From NCBI GenBank assembly GCA_049840735.1, contig JASGJN010000014.1, positions 64,001 to 128,000 of the forward strand: a stretch of DNA of 64,000 nt, given 5' to 3'. Below, one piece after another: positions 31,740 through 44,461 of this stretch. The first letter of the stretch is position 1. Each line of letters opens with the position of its first letter. The notes under the pieces were generated by a model. It made no database searches, was not told where the DNA came from, and saw nothing but the letters and a program-made list of their open reading frames with translations. A program made the position numbers and the translations under genes. Origin of the DNA: Anaeromyxobacter sp. GTDB lineage: Bacteria > Myxococcota > Myxococcia > Myxococcales > Anaeromyxobacteraceae.

Positions 31740-32524
31740 GCGCCGCGGCCGCAGCGCCAGGTACTCGTACCCGCCTCGAGAAGGCGGCCTTCGACAATGG
31801 GTTTGACCGGGAGCTCGGGCGCTCCGGTGATTGGCTGGCGTACGGCAGCACACACGCGGCCCTCAACGTCTGGCTCATGGCCGACACAGCCGGCCGTCTC
31901 GTAGCCGCGTTATCCCGGGCCGACGTCGCGTACGCGCTGGCCGAACACGGCAACGCTATCAGTACACCGCTTCCTGCCGGGGCCGCCGCAGCGCGAATAG
32001 TCAGCGACTTCCCTGCGCTGAACCGGCTGCTGCGGCGCGCGTACCAGTTCGCCCGAACCCTTCCGCAGGGACTTCTGCACGAGTTCGAGCAGAAGATAGC
32101 CGGGATGCCGAGGCGGACCGAAGCCGAGCGGCTGGTCATCCAGCGCGTTGGCCAGGACGTGTTTCGCAATGGACTACTCGAGTACTGGGAGGGCAGGTGC
32201 GCTATCACTGGCCTCGCGGTACCGGAGCTCCTCCGCGCGAGCCACATCAAGCCTTGGGCCGACTGCGAAACGGACGCCGAGCGGCTCGATGTCTTCAACG
32301 GATTGCTGCTCGCGCCGCACGTCGATGCAGCATTCGATGCAGGCTTCGTCACATTCGCGGACGATGGTGCTGTGATCGTTTCGTCGGCGCTGGGCATGGC
32401 CGAGCAAGCCGTGCTGGGCCTGCAGCTCCCGCTAAAGCTTCAACGCGTTGAGCCAGCGCACCTGGAGTACTTGTCATTCCATCGGAGGAACGTGTTCCGA
32501 GTGCAGGACGTGAGGGGCACCTGA
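31736..32524 (+). CDS. HNH endonuclease
   Basis: GTGA overlap with the PLD stop; QRVGQDVFR..CAITG..LRASHIKPW..NGLLL.PHVDAAFD. Confidence 0.9.
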   Translation: MSAAAAAPGTRTRLEKAAFDNGFDRELGRSGDWLAYGSTHAALNVWLMADTAGRLVAALSRADVAYALAEHGNAISTPLPAGAAAARIVSDFPALNRLLRRAYQFARTLPQGLLHEFEQKIAGMPRRTEAERLVIQRVGQDVFRNGLLEYWEGRCAITGLAVPELLRASHIKPWADCETDAERLDVFNGLLLAPHVDAAFDAGFVTFADDGAVIVSSALGMAEQAVLGLQLPLKLQRVEPAHLEYLSFHRRNVFRVQDVRGT

Positions 32525-32587
32525 TCGTGGTCGCCATCGAGGCTCCAGCAAGGATACGCTGCCGTTAGCCCGATCGCCTGAGGTCCT

Positions 32588-33823
32588 ATGTACATTGAGC
32601 GCATATCGCTTACGAACTTCCGTTCTTTTGGTCCGACCGAAGAATCGATCGCGCTATCGTCGAACGTTACTGCCTGCGTCGGAGGAAACGGATCAGGCAA
32701 GACAGCGCTGATGCATGCTCTTCTTCGCATGTTCGGCGTAACGGCCGACCAACGCCGGGTGCGAAGGCACGACTTCCACGTTCCCGCGGACGAAGCGGAT
32801 GCACCGCACCAACGCAAGCTGAGCATCGAGACGGTGCTTGCATTTCCAGAGCTCGCCGCGGGGAAGCAGACGCAGGCCGTGCCCGAGTTCTTCAACCAGA
32901 TGGCGGCCGACGATCAGGGGACTCTGCGCGCTCGGCTGAGGCTTGAGGCTACGTGGACAGACGACAACTCGGTCGATGGAGTTGTCGAAACGCGGCTTTT
33001 CGCGGTTAAGACCTTCGAACCCAACTTCAAGGAAGAAGACTGCGTCGACATCAGAGCTCACGATCGAGCCCGCATCCAGGTCATCTACGTGCCCGCGGTA
33101 CGTGATGCCGCGTCGCATCTCTCAGCATTCCTTCGAGGTCGTCTGTGGCGAGCCATCGCGTGGTCGGAACCGGTTCGCACGGCGCTCGGTGACGCGGGAG
33201 AGCAACTCAACGATGCTTTCGCGGACGAGCCTGCGGTGGGCCTCATCGCCAAGCGCCTTGAAACGAGATGGCGAGAAGTGCACACGGCAGCAACGGACGC
33301 AATCCCGACATTCCGCCCTGTCGACGTGCGCCTGCCTGAGTTCATCAGAAAGGTTGACGTCGTCTTCACGCCAGACGAGGCCGGACGCGACAGGAGCCTC
33401 GAGGATCTGAGCGACGGCCAGCGATCACTGTTCCACGTTGCGATGACGGCGGCCACGCTTGACGTCGAGGCAGACCTCGCTGCCGGTGCAGCAAAGGGCT
33501 TTCAGCCGGGCGGGGTGTCTCTTCCTGCATTGACGATCCTGACGGTTGAAGAGCCCGAGAACACCCTGTCTCCGTTCTTCCTGTCGCGCATCATCCACCA
33601 GATCCTCGACTTGACATCTGGCTCTCGAGCCCAGGCGATCATATCGAGCCATTCGGCAAGCATTCTCGCTCGTGTCGATGCGAGTGAAGTTCGGTACTTC
33701 CGATTGGACGCCACGACTCGCACTTCTCGGGTCAGAGGCATCACACTTCCAGTGGGTCAGGAAGAAGCTGCGAAGTTCGTTAGGGAAGCCGTCCAAACCT
33801 ATCCTGAACTCTACTTCGCCAAC
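32588..33823 (+). pseudogene. OLD-family/GajA-like ATP-dependent nuclease, truncated before the TOPRIM domain
   Basis: GGNGSGKT, LSDGQRS, VEEPEN, SSHS; the frame runs into the transposon end at ELYFAN, just before the expected LVEG motif. Confidence 0.85.
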
Positions 33824-33966
33824 TGTTGCCGCGCAGCCTGATTGGTGGGAATCCCGTCAGCATGGTTGGTGGGCACCACCTGCCTGACAGGGGCGCGCGC
33901 AGCTAAGCCGAGGGCCATCGCTGGCTTGGCAGGGTCGCGTGCACGCAGGGTGATGGCTACACCGCG

Positions 33967-34356
33967 TCAGAGGAGCGGAAGCTGCCGGGCCGGCATCGCC
34001 GGCGTGAGAGGGCGCAGATGTGCGCGCCAGGCCGGGACGATCCGCAGGCGGGCCAGCAGGGCCGCAGCGCGGACCGGGTCGCGGATGCCGGCGGCGGCCA
34101 GGAGCGCTGCTGCGAGCTGGTCGTCCAAGATCCAGACGGCGATGCCGCGGCGAGCGGCCTGGGCGAGGAGCGGATTGGCCTGGGCCAGCGCGGCGGTGGC
34201 GACCAGCTCGGCGCCGGCGTGGGCGAGGTACTCCAGCAGGCCGAATCGGGCGTCGTCGGTGCCCGCGGCGCGGACCGTGCGGCGGGGCTCGCCCCGGTCG
34301 CCGACCAGGACGGCCACGAGGTGCCGGCGGGCCGCCCACAGCCCGCAGACGATCAC
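33967..34356 (-). CDS. hypothetical transposon protein
   Basis: Overlaps the ATPase stop (GTGA); inside the element ends. Confidence 0.6.
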   Translation of the reverse strand: MIVCGLWAARRHLVAVLVGDRGEPRRTVRAAGTDDARFGLLEYLAHAGAELVATAALAQANPLLAQAARRGIAVWILDDQLAAALLAAAGIRDPVRAAALLARLRIVPAWRAHLRPLTPAMPARQLPLL

Positions 34357-35171
34357 GTGTCGCGCTCGAGGCGGTCGCGGTCCAAGACCCGGGGCAGGAT
34401 GTCCCGCTCGACCAACTTCCGCTTCCGCCGGGCGGCCTCGCGGAGGCAGCCGGTGGCGAGGCGGTCGAGATCCCGCATGCCGCCGGAGGCGGCCTCGTGG
34501 AGCAGGGCGACGGCGTCACCGGCGAAGATCTCGCGGTCCACGCCAGCCCGCTTGAGCCGGTAGCGGAGGTACTCCGCGGTGTCCTCCGGCGTGAGGGCGT
34601 CCACGTGCAGCCGGACGTGCAGGCGGGAGTACAGCGAGCGGTAGCGCCGCATCTGGAGCAGGTCGTTCAGTTCGGGCAGTCCCACCAGCATCAGCGACAG
34701 CAGCGCCCGGGAATCCCACTCGTAGTTGAGGAGGATGTGGAGGTGGCCCAGCATCTGCTCGTGGAGCAGGTGGGCCTCGTCGATGAGGAAGACGGGATGG
34801 ACGCGCTCCTTGGCCAGCTCCTCCACGTTGGTGGAGACCGCGTAGAAAACGGCGGCCGCGGTGGCGTGGGGCGACAGCCCCAGCGCCAGGCAGAGCTGGC
34901 GGTAGAAGTCGCGGCGGCCGAGGGTCGCGTTGTGGCAGTAGGTGAGCCGGAACCCGGCGGCCGGCAGCCTGGCCCGCAGGGCGCGAAGCACGCAGGTCTT
35001 GCCGACGCCCGGTTCGCCGGTGAGGAGCACCGACGCCCGGTCCTCGACGGCGTCCACCAGCTCCTCCACCACGGCGGCCTTGGACGTCGGCAGCCAGAGA
35101 TCCTGATCGGCGATCTCCTTCGAGAACGGCGGCTCCTGCAGCCCGAAGGCGGTCAGGTACGAGTCCTTCAT
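34353..35171 (-). CDS. ExeA-like AAA+ ATPase (transposition helper)
   Basis: FGLQEPPF, TGEPGVGKT, LIDEAH, LVGLPEL, SGGMRDL. Confidence 0.88.
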   Translation of the reverse strand: MKDSYLTAFGLQEPPFSKEIADQDLWLPTSKAAVVEELVDAVEDRASVLLTGEPGVGKTCVLRALRARLPAAGFRLTYCHNATLGRRDFYRQLCLALGLSPHATAAAVFYAVSTNVEELAKERVHPVFLIDEAHLLHEQMLGHLHILLNYEWDSRALLSLMLVGLPELNDLLQMRRYRSLYSRLHVRLHVDALTPEDTAEYLRYRLKRAGVDREIFAGDAVALLHEAASGGMRDLDRLATGCLREAARRKRKLVERDILPRVLDRDRLERDT

Positions 35172-36526
35172 CGGTCGTCATCCTTGCGACGGCGGCCGGT
35201 GGCCGCGTCGAGCAGCGTCTGGGTGGGGTCGAAGTCGGTGGTGGTGGTCGGAGCCTCGCCAGGCCTGCGGGGCAGGCGTTTGCGGCGCGCGTTGGCGACC
35301 GGATCCACGGGGTGGAGATCGAGGCGCCGGCCCTCGTGCTCGATCCAGGGCGCGCCGTCGAGGAGCGAGTAGGCGAGCGTCACCACGCGGCCGGTGAGGA
35401 AGCCCTGGTCGAGCTCCCAGTCCTTGCCCATCACTGAGACGGTGGTGTCGCGGCGGACCCGGCGGCGTTCACGCACCGTCAGCGCCTCCCGCAGCTTGGC
35501 TTCGTCGAGGGTGTCCGCGAGGCGGGTCCGGGCGGCGTAGACCGTCCCCGGCGACCGTCCCATCAACGAGGCGTGCGGGGCCACGTGGTAGTGGCGGTCC
35601 ACGAACGCGAGGAGCCGCACCTCGACGTCGTGGAGCGAGGCCATGGGCGGCAGGTGGTCGAGACAGCCCTCCCGCAGCGTGCGCCAGAACCGCTCCATCT
35701 TCCCGCGGGCGGGCGCGTCGTACGGCTGGGCGTGGACGAGAGCAATCCCGAGCCGCGGGCACGCCGTCCGCAGCACCTCGCCGGTGTAGGTGGAGCCGTT
35801 GTCGAGGTAGAGGACGTCGGGCGCACCGTGCCGGCGCAGGGCCTTCACCAGCAGCTGCAGCATGTCGGCCTCGCGCTCGGTGTGGCGGGCCTCGATGGCC
35901 AGGATGTACCGGCTGGCGTCGTCCAAGAGCGCGTGGATCCGCAGCGGCCGGGACTGGCCGCCGATGGTCAGCGCCGGGCCGTGGCAGACGTCGGCGTGCC
36001 AGAGCGCGCCCGGCTCGGCCGCCTGCCAGCGGAGCCGGACCCGCTCGCCGGCGCCGTCGCGCAGTGGCACGCGGTCGAGGCCGTTGGCCTGGTAGAGGCG
36101 GCGGATGGTGGACTCCGACACGGCGTCCCGCTGCAGGCGCCCGTCGGCCACCAGGGTGCGCAGGATCAGGGGAACGGAGGCGGACGGGTGTTCGCGCCGG
36201 ATGTCGAGAAGCAGGGTCCGCTGGTCGGGCGAGAGCTCGCGGCCGTGGCCGCGATCCCCTCGAGGCGCCGGGCGCAGGGCGTCCAGGCCGCCGCGCTTGT
36301 AGGCGTAGAACCACCGCTCCAGCGTGGTGAACGAAATCGTCTTCGTGACCTCGGCCCCCGGCGGCCGGAAGCGCTCGGCGGATAGCGCCCTCAGCACTGC
36401 GCGCAGCTGTCCGTGGTCGAGATCGCGGCGGGTGAGCGCGCCAACCAGCTCCGCCCGGAACCTGGCCACCGCCTCTGCGTGGTCCCTCGGCGCGAGCTTG
36501 GGCGACTTCGGGGACGACTTCGTCAT
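35168..36526 (-). CDS. DDE integrase/transposase with Mu-like C-terminus
   Basis: GAGGAG RBS; WHADVCHG, DDASR, LYLDNGS, RGKMERFWRT. Confidence 0.9.
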   Translation of the reverse strand: MTKSSPKSPKLAPRDHAEAVARFRAELVGALTRRDLDHGQLRAVLRALSAERFRPPGAEVTKTISFTTLERWFYAYKRGGLDALRPAPRGDRGHGRELSPDQRTLLLDIRREHPSASVPLILRTLVADGRLQRDAVSESTIRRLYQANGLDRVPLRDGAGERVRLRWQAAEPGALWHADVCHGPALTIGGQSRPLRIHALLDDASRYILAIEARHTEREADMLQLLVKALRRHGAPDVLYLDNGSTYTGEVLRTACPRLGIALVHAQPYDAPARGKMERFWRTLREGCLDHLPPMASLHDVEVRLLAFVDRHYHVAPHASLMGRSPGTVYAARTRLADTLDEAKLREALTVRERRRVRRDTTVSVMGKDWELDQGFLTGRVVTLAYSLLDGAPWIEHEGRRLDLHPVDPVANARRKRLPRRPGEAPTTTTDFDPTQTLLDAATGRRRKDDDR

Positions 36527-36655
36527 CGGGCTCCTCCTCGGCCGGCCGCTGATCACCGCGCCCGCCGAGCGTGAGCCCTCCCACGTGGCCGCCGACGGGG
36601 GCAGGGATCGCGGATGGTGGGCGCGAGATCCCCAGCGCCGTCGCGGCGATGGCCC

Positions 36656-37279
36656 TCAGCTCACATGCGCGGCTCCGAGGAAGGCTCGTGTCGCGAGCGG
36701 GAGGCCGTCAGCAACCGACGGGGCCAGGGCCGCCAGCGTGGTCGCGGCGCGGGCGGCTATGGCGCGGAGGCAGGCTCCATCCGGCGCGGCGCGGACTTCC
36801 GGGAAGAGCTGCCCGGCGCGGATGGCCTTGGCCCAGCGCCGCAGCGAGGTCCAGCGTGTCGCCGCCGCCGCCCCGACAATCCGCCAAGGGCTGACGCGGG
36901 CCCGGACCGCGGCCGGCGTCTGCTGCTCCAGGCTCCAGACCGCGAGCGCCAGCGCGACCGCCGGCGCCGAGTAGAGCCGGCGCCGCTGGACGCCGCTGGG
37001 CACGACCAGGAGCACCGCTCCGCAGACCTGGCAGGCATACCGGCGGGCGATCACCTCGGTGACCTGGGGCGGCGCGGTCGCGTCGGGCGGGCCCCACTCG
37101 ATCCCGGCGCCGGACCCCGTGGCCGTGCAGCACCAGGCGACCACCGGCCGGCCGGCTACCAGCGCCGCAGCCGGTGCAGAGACCCGGACGCGCCTCGTCC
37201 ACGGTGGGGAGCTTGGCCGCCCAGGACTTGACGTCGATGCGGAAGTAGACGATTCGAGAACTGCTCTGGCTTCCTCCAA
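36656..37279 (-). CDS. DUF6431-like Zn-binding transposon protein (frameshift at ~37100)
   Basis: CTGCG..LHGHG..RRYACQVCG...RRLYS. Confidence 0.6.
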   Translation of the reverse strand: MEEARAVLESSTSASTSSPGRPSSPPWTRRVRVSAPAAALVAGRPVVAWCCTATGSGAGIEWGPPDATAPPQVTEVIARRYACQVCGAVLLVVPSGVQRRRLYSAPAVALALAVWSLEQQTPAAVRARVSPWRIVGAAAATRWTSLRRWAKAIRAGQLFPEVRAAPDGACLRAIAARAATTLAALAPSVADGLPLATRAFLGAAHVS

Positions 37280-37509
37280 GCAAGTAAGTCAGGGCACGAC
37301 GGGGTGCGTGTTTGCGGCACGCCCCCGTCACCTATTTGTGGTCAGCGACGCGCCAGCGCCCCGCCTCCACCTAAACCGACTACCATCACCGTGAGTGACC
37401 GCCAGTTTGCAGGCTGGGCGGCGGGCACCTACATGGCGCTGCCGGCCCGCCCGTCAGCCAGCCTGCGCGAAATCCGGCCTCCGACCCTCAACAGGCTCGC
37501 GCGCTAACA

Positions 37510-37850
37510 CATCCCAGCGCGCAGCGCCGCCGTAGGCGTTAACCATCCAGAGCTCGCCACCAGGTGCAGCGGCCAGGGCGCCGCTTCCAAGGGATCCGCT
37601 GGCCGCCGAGGCATTCTCGACGCAGAAGCCGCTGATGCACGGGATGTCGCCACTCGTCACTGCTCTCGCCAGCGGGAACGCCATCGTTCTGGCCGCGCAT
37701 GATCCCTCCGTCGCGGCCGGCAGAGGATGCGCGTTGACGGCGGGAGCTGAGGGGAGACAGGCCGGTTCTCCCCCGCCTGACGGGTCGCCTGGAGAAGTCT
37801 CCGTGGTGTTACCGGCGCTGCACCCGGCCAGCCATGCACTGATGAGCAGG
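37510..37850 (-). pseudogene. putative lipoprotein, truncated by the transposon end
   Basis: LLISAWLAGC lipobox-like segment; frame runs into the transposon IR. Confidence 0.4.
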
Positions 37851-38616
37851 GTTGGCAGTTCTGCGTTCCTGAGCGTGAGCACGCACAAAGGTTGAGGGGT
37901 TTCCGGCGTGCGCGGCCCTCCCCAAATCGGGATCGACCCGATCATCTCGACATGCGAAGCGCAGGCTCGCCCGATCGGCAGCCCAGCAAGCACGTGAGAC
38001 ACCAGCCGGCTTCTCCAGGCCGGCCACCCAAAATCGGCTCCGGCGCGGGTAGTCCAGTGGCCGCGCCGGAACCCAGCTCACGGTGCCTGCGTGACCTGGT
38101 GTTGAGCAACGAAGCAAATCCGGGGATCGCTGGGCCCTTCGGCGTACGCAGCACTCATTCGAGAGAACGTCCAGCGTCATCCGCCCGCACGTATGCCCCA
38201 CGCACCTCCCGCTGCTCTCGGCGTTATCGCACCTGGAGTGGCGGGGCGTCCCTGTTCACAGAAACCGCCGCGAGTGTGTCTGTATGAACGGGGAGAGCCC
38301 CGGAGCCGCAGGTCCTCCCCAAGGCGGGCAACTAGTGAATGTCCCACGGGGAGGCAGGCGAATTGAGGAGTTCGGTTTTCAGCCTCGCGCTGCTGCCCGG
38401 CCACGCCCGGCTTGAGGGATGTTCCGTAGCGCGCGAGAGGGAGCCCAACTCAGCCGCCTGTGATCGGACGCGCATCAAGAGCGCCGCGGCTCGATGCGGC
38501 AGTCTAGCAAGTGCTTCACGGTTCGTAAGAGTGAGGTGTCGGTGTTGCGCGCCGGCCGCGTGCGCACTCAGGCGTGCGCAGCTGGTCGCGGGATAAGAAG
38601 TGGATCGGGGGCGCGC

Positions 38617-39009
38617 ATGAACCGGCAGTCTCTCCTGTTGATCGTGCTCCTCGCCGTCGCAGCTGCGGCGTGCGATGGCTCGAGCTCTTCGCGGTGCCTG
38701 ACGATCGTAGCGGAATACCAGGCCAGCCTACCCGACGCGCTCACCTGCGAGCTTTCCTCGGAGGCGTGCAGCACGGGGCGTCCGCTCGTCATGGGGCAAG
38801 AAAACCCTGACGGCTCGATCGAGCTGGAGGGGCTCTGCCTTCCGCCCTGCTACGGCGCAGTGAATCCGAATCGGGTCGCTGAGCTCGACCACCTACTGGC
38901 CGAGTTCGAGGCGGAGAACTGTCAGTACAAAGGATGCTGGTGCCCGCCAGCGCACACGATGCCGCCGGAGTGCAGGGACACCGGCTGCTTTGGCCTCCTT
39001 CCGCCTTGA
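38617..39009 (+). CDS. Cys-rich lipoprotein
   Basis: MNRQSLLLIVLLAVAAAAC signal peptide/lipobox; many Cys. Confidence 0.7.
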   Translation: MNRQSLLLIVLLAVAAAACDGSSSSRCLTIVAEYQASLPDALTCELSSEACSTGRPLVMGQENPDGSIELEGLCLPPCYGAVNPNRVAELDHLLAEFEAENCQYKGCWCPPAHTMPPECRDTGCFGLLPP

Positions 39010-39462
39010 ACGCGCCGCTAGAGAGCTCAACCGCGAAAGGATAGAGCGCCTCCGGGACGGGGCTACCATGAATGAAACGGGTTAAGGTGCTTGGCGTTGC
39101 TGGCGACCGCAGGGGCGTGCGGAACCGACTCTCCTAAGGAAGCCTGTCTTCGGACCTACTGCCGCCCGGGTGCGGTTCCGAGGGGAAGTGCGGCGGTCTT
39201 CTGCCTCCCGAGTAAGAATGACGGCCTCGGGGCTCCATGCTCCCGCTGCAGGTCGCTCCGTCCTGTAGGCGACGCCTCGTCGGGCAGCCAACGTTAGTCA
39301 GCGGGAACTCACACGGCGTGGTCCCTTGCGCCGGCCGAGGGCTGGCGCGGATGCGCAACGGCTGCTTCGGCTGACCTCGTTATGCTCAGGTACTGCAGCG
39401 GGAACGCTATGCCAAACGCGAAGCGCCAGCCCCCGCAGCACATAGGGCAGGTCTGCGCATAA

Positions 39463-41635
<2,173 letters not shown>

Positions 41636-41636
41636 G

Positions 41637-41825
41637 GGTGTCGGGGGCGCTCTCCTGGAGGCATGGATCCGCGCACTCCGGGCTGCTGGCCACGCATCAG
41701 CTTCTTTGACCGTCAGCCTGGCGAACCCGACCGCCCTGCGGATGTACCAGCGCGCAGGATTCACGCGCATCCTTTCGGACGCCCGGCGCACAATCATGCG
41801 GTGGGATGCACCAGCACCGGGCTAG
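41637..41825 (+). pseudogene. C-terminal half of the GNAT acetyltransferase split at 1732
   Basis: GVGGALLEAWIRALRAAGHASASLTVSLANPTALRMYQRAGF...stop. Confidence 0.85.
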
Positions 41826-41871
41826 ACCCCGGCTGACTCCACCGCCCTCGCAAACAGCCACCTCCCTGCCC

Positions 41872-42207
41872 GTGACACTCATCGTCGACATCCGAGACTG
41901 GCTGGACGAGCGCGGCTCTCTCCCGCTGGCTCCGCCTCGACTCCGCAGCAGCGCGCTGCGCATCGCTACTTTCATCGAGTACGGCGGGACAGTCCCGCAG
42001 CTCGAGGGCCGCGAGACGATGGTGCCCTGCAAGCAGCGCCCACGGCGCAAGCCATGCCTCGGCCTGATGTGGGTGATGAAGCGCAGCGACGATCGCATCC
42101 AGGCCTTCTGCATGTTCTGCAGAAACACCGAGGCGATCATCTCAGGCTGGCAGGGCACCGAGTGGGCCGAGGGGCCCATGGAGCCCGCGCCCATGACCGA
42201 CGACTGA
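41872..42207 (+). CDS. hypothetical Cys-containing protein
   Basis: CKQRPRRKPC..CMFC..ISGWQGTEW. Confidence 0.6.
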   Translation: MTLIVDIRDWLDERGSLPLAPPRLRSSALRIATFIEYGGTVPQLEGRETMVPCKQRPRRKPCLGLMWVMKRSDDRIQAFCMFCRNTEAIISGWQGTEWAEGPMEPAPMTDD

Positions 42208-42324
42208 GGGGACCGGGTCTCCCGGATCACCGGTGGAACAGGGCGCTTTGGAAGTCGTTGGCGACGTCTGGCCGCGGCACGTCCGTATCCAGAGTTGAAT
42301 GAACTCCCAACAGGAAGGTGTCCG

Positions 42325-43170
42325 ATGATCTCGCTGACCGAGCTGCTGTCATCCCGGGGGTTCCGCAACCTCGAACGCACGAAGATCGTCCGTCACCAGG
42401 ATCATCGGGTCGACATGCGGATGCTGCGGAGGCGCGGGCTTTTCGAGTTCTACCAGCGCACGCAGGCCAAGGACGTCTTCAACTGCGACCAGATCGTGTC
42501 GTTCATCGGGGACGAGAACCGACGCGCGATCTTCTGCGGCATTTTCGGGGTCGATGGAAAGCGGCAGATCGAGCCCGGAGCCCGTCTCAAGGTTCCACCC
42601 GGTTTCCCTGTGGAGCTCCTTGAGGGAGCCACGCTCCTTTACGAACTCAGGGAGCTGTCCGGCTTCGAGGCGCTTGAGGATCGGGTGGTGATCGACTGGG
42701 GCGACGCCCCGCTCTCATGGGCCCAGTGGTACAAGGACCGCGAAATCGTCGAGGTTCTTCCGGCCGGGTACGTGATGGACTGGCCGGGCTATCACCAGGT
42801 TCGGCTCGCCTTCCAAGACTTGCGGGCCATCGCCGCGAACGAGGCAGCGAACCGCGAGTGGGTCCGCCGCCTGAGCTCCGTCGCCGGCGTTTACTGTATC
42901 CTCCACACGAGAACCGGGGAGCTCTACATCGGCGCGGCCTGCGGCAAGGAGGGACTGTGGGGGCGCTGGCGAACGTACGCTTCGACCGTTCACGGCGGGA
43001 ACGTGCTTCTGCAGTCGCGCAGTGAGACCGTGGCCGGTTTCGCGGACGACTTGGTGTTCTCGATCCTCCAGACGCTCCCGAGCGGATCCAGCAAGGACGA
43101 AGTCGTCGCGGCCGAGTCCTGCATGAAGGAGAAGCTCGGCGCCCGAGCGTTCGGGCTTAACGCGAACTGA
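42325..43170 (+). CDS. GIY-YIG nuclease family protein
   Basis: GVYCILHTRTGELYIGAA.G.EGLWGRW..Y...HGGN...ESCMK..LG. Confidence 0.85.
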   Translation: MISLTELLSSRGFRNLERTKIVRHQDHRVDMRMLRRRGLFEFYQRTQAKDVFNCDQIVSFIGDENRRAIFCGIFGVDGKRQIEPGARLKVPPGFPVELLEGATLLYELRELSGFEALEDRVVIDWGDAPLSWAQWYKDREIVEVLPAGYVMDWPGYHQVRLAFQDLRAIAANEAANREWVRRLSSVAGVYCILHTRTGELYIGAACGKEGLWGRWRTYASTVHGGNVLLQSRSETVAGFADDLVFSILQTLPSGSSKDEVVAAESCMKEKLGARAFGLNAN

Positions 43171-44071
43171 GAGGACCTGCTGCGCACTCCTCGAATGGCG
43201 GGGCTGCCAGCCTCGGCTCGGAGTCACGCCGGCGTCCTCTTGGGCCGCGGAGCGGTCCGGTCGTTCCCAGTACCCGTGCCGCGCAGGAGTCTTGCGTCAC
43301 GTTCCGAGGCGCGTGGTAGCCTCCGCGCCGAAGGGCGCGGTTAAGCGGGCTCGGCGATTGCTGGAGACGGCCCTGCGTGTGCGTGGCGCCCCCGGGTTCG
43401 TGCACCGGCCCATGCCGATCCCGGGTTCCGGGGCAAGCCGATCGCTGAACGCGGCGGCATCTGAGGCTGCTTTCCGCGGCAGTGCTGACGGCCGGCCCCG
43501 TCCGGTGGCGCGGCCAGTCTCAGCGACGCTGCGGCAGGCACACCACGCCGGCGAGAACACCCTTATCGAGATCAGTGGCAGCGGTCTGGACGCCGGGGAC
43601 GCGATGACCGGCGATCCGATGAAGGCGGTGCTCTTGGTCGCGGTGCTGGGCGCGTCGGACCTGACCTACGCCGAACCCATGCTCCACCAGGACTGCGGGC
43701 CCGGTAGCTCGCGCAGCAACGCCATCACCTTCCGCGAACGCGGGCCTGTCAAGCCGGTTATGGCCACCGGCTCGGCTGCGCGCGCCCCGGTCAGGAGGGT
43801 GGTGGCCACCAACCAGGCTGACGGGGTCCCCACCCATCAGGCCGCGCGGCAACCGTAGGGACGCAGCGCCCCGCAGCACTCGGCCGGCGCGCCACCTACC
43901 CCCGGCGGATCGCGCAAGGCGTCGGCGCCTCTCACCTGGTCGTTGCGCCCGCACGACTGAGCCCGCCGCCGTAGCGCACCTGCCACAAGCCTGGCGGGAT
44001 GCCCGGCTCCTGCCCCGGGGCGGGCAGGAGCGAATACAACGAACGCCAGGGGAAACCCCAGGTACACACAG

Positions 44072-44411
44072 TTACGCTACCCGCACGAACTCCATCCGTG
44101 CCTCGCGCCACCTGAGGTGCGCGACACCGTGCTGCTCGGCCAGCTCGTCGAGTCTCGGCCCGACGGCTCCGGCGAGTTGATGAACCAGCTGAGGGTCCCT
44201 GTGCTCCTCGCAGACCAGGAGCGGGACGATGAGTACGACCGTGCGGGTACCGTCCGGCACCACGAGCCGAGGCTGCCAGACCGCCGCGTTCGCGCTACCA
44301 ACCTTGGCGCACTTGGACACGGACGCACGGTCGTTCGCCGCCTGGTCGCTGCCTACCGAGAGCGTTGGGGATCCCCTCTCGGCCCCGGGTCCTATGCCCG
44401 GGTCCGCCATG
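44072..44411 (-). CDS. hypothetical protein
   Basis: ORF only; start uncertain. Confidence 0.3.
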
Positions 44412-44461
44412 GTTCCTGGGCTCGGTCGCGATGCACCGCTGCAGTAGGCTACTATTTGAAG

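Larger units (their letters stand above)
33824..37509 (-). mobile_element. four-gene TG..CA transposon (DUF6431-like, Mu/rve DDE transposase, ExeA-like AAA ATPase, small ORF)
   Basis: Ends tgttgccgcgcagcctgattg vs revcomp tgttagcgcgcgagcctgttg; genes are truncated at both junctions; no TSD. Confidence 0.8.

Noticed and set aside
32588..33841. complete Gabija system
   Set aside because: The TOPRIM domain and any UvrD partner are absent; only the ATPase part remains
34353..35171. type II secretion ExeA gene
   Set aside because: Coupled to a DDE transposase inside IRs, with no secretion genes nearby
33824..37509. CRISPR-associated or Tn7-like transposon
   Set aside because: No recognisable TniQ/TnsD, TnsA, Cas protein or array
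43200..44070. ORFs 43292-43858 and overlapping frames
   Set aside because: No motifs and no consistent coding frame
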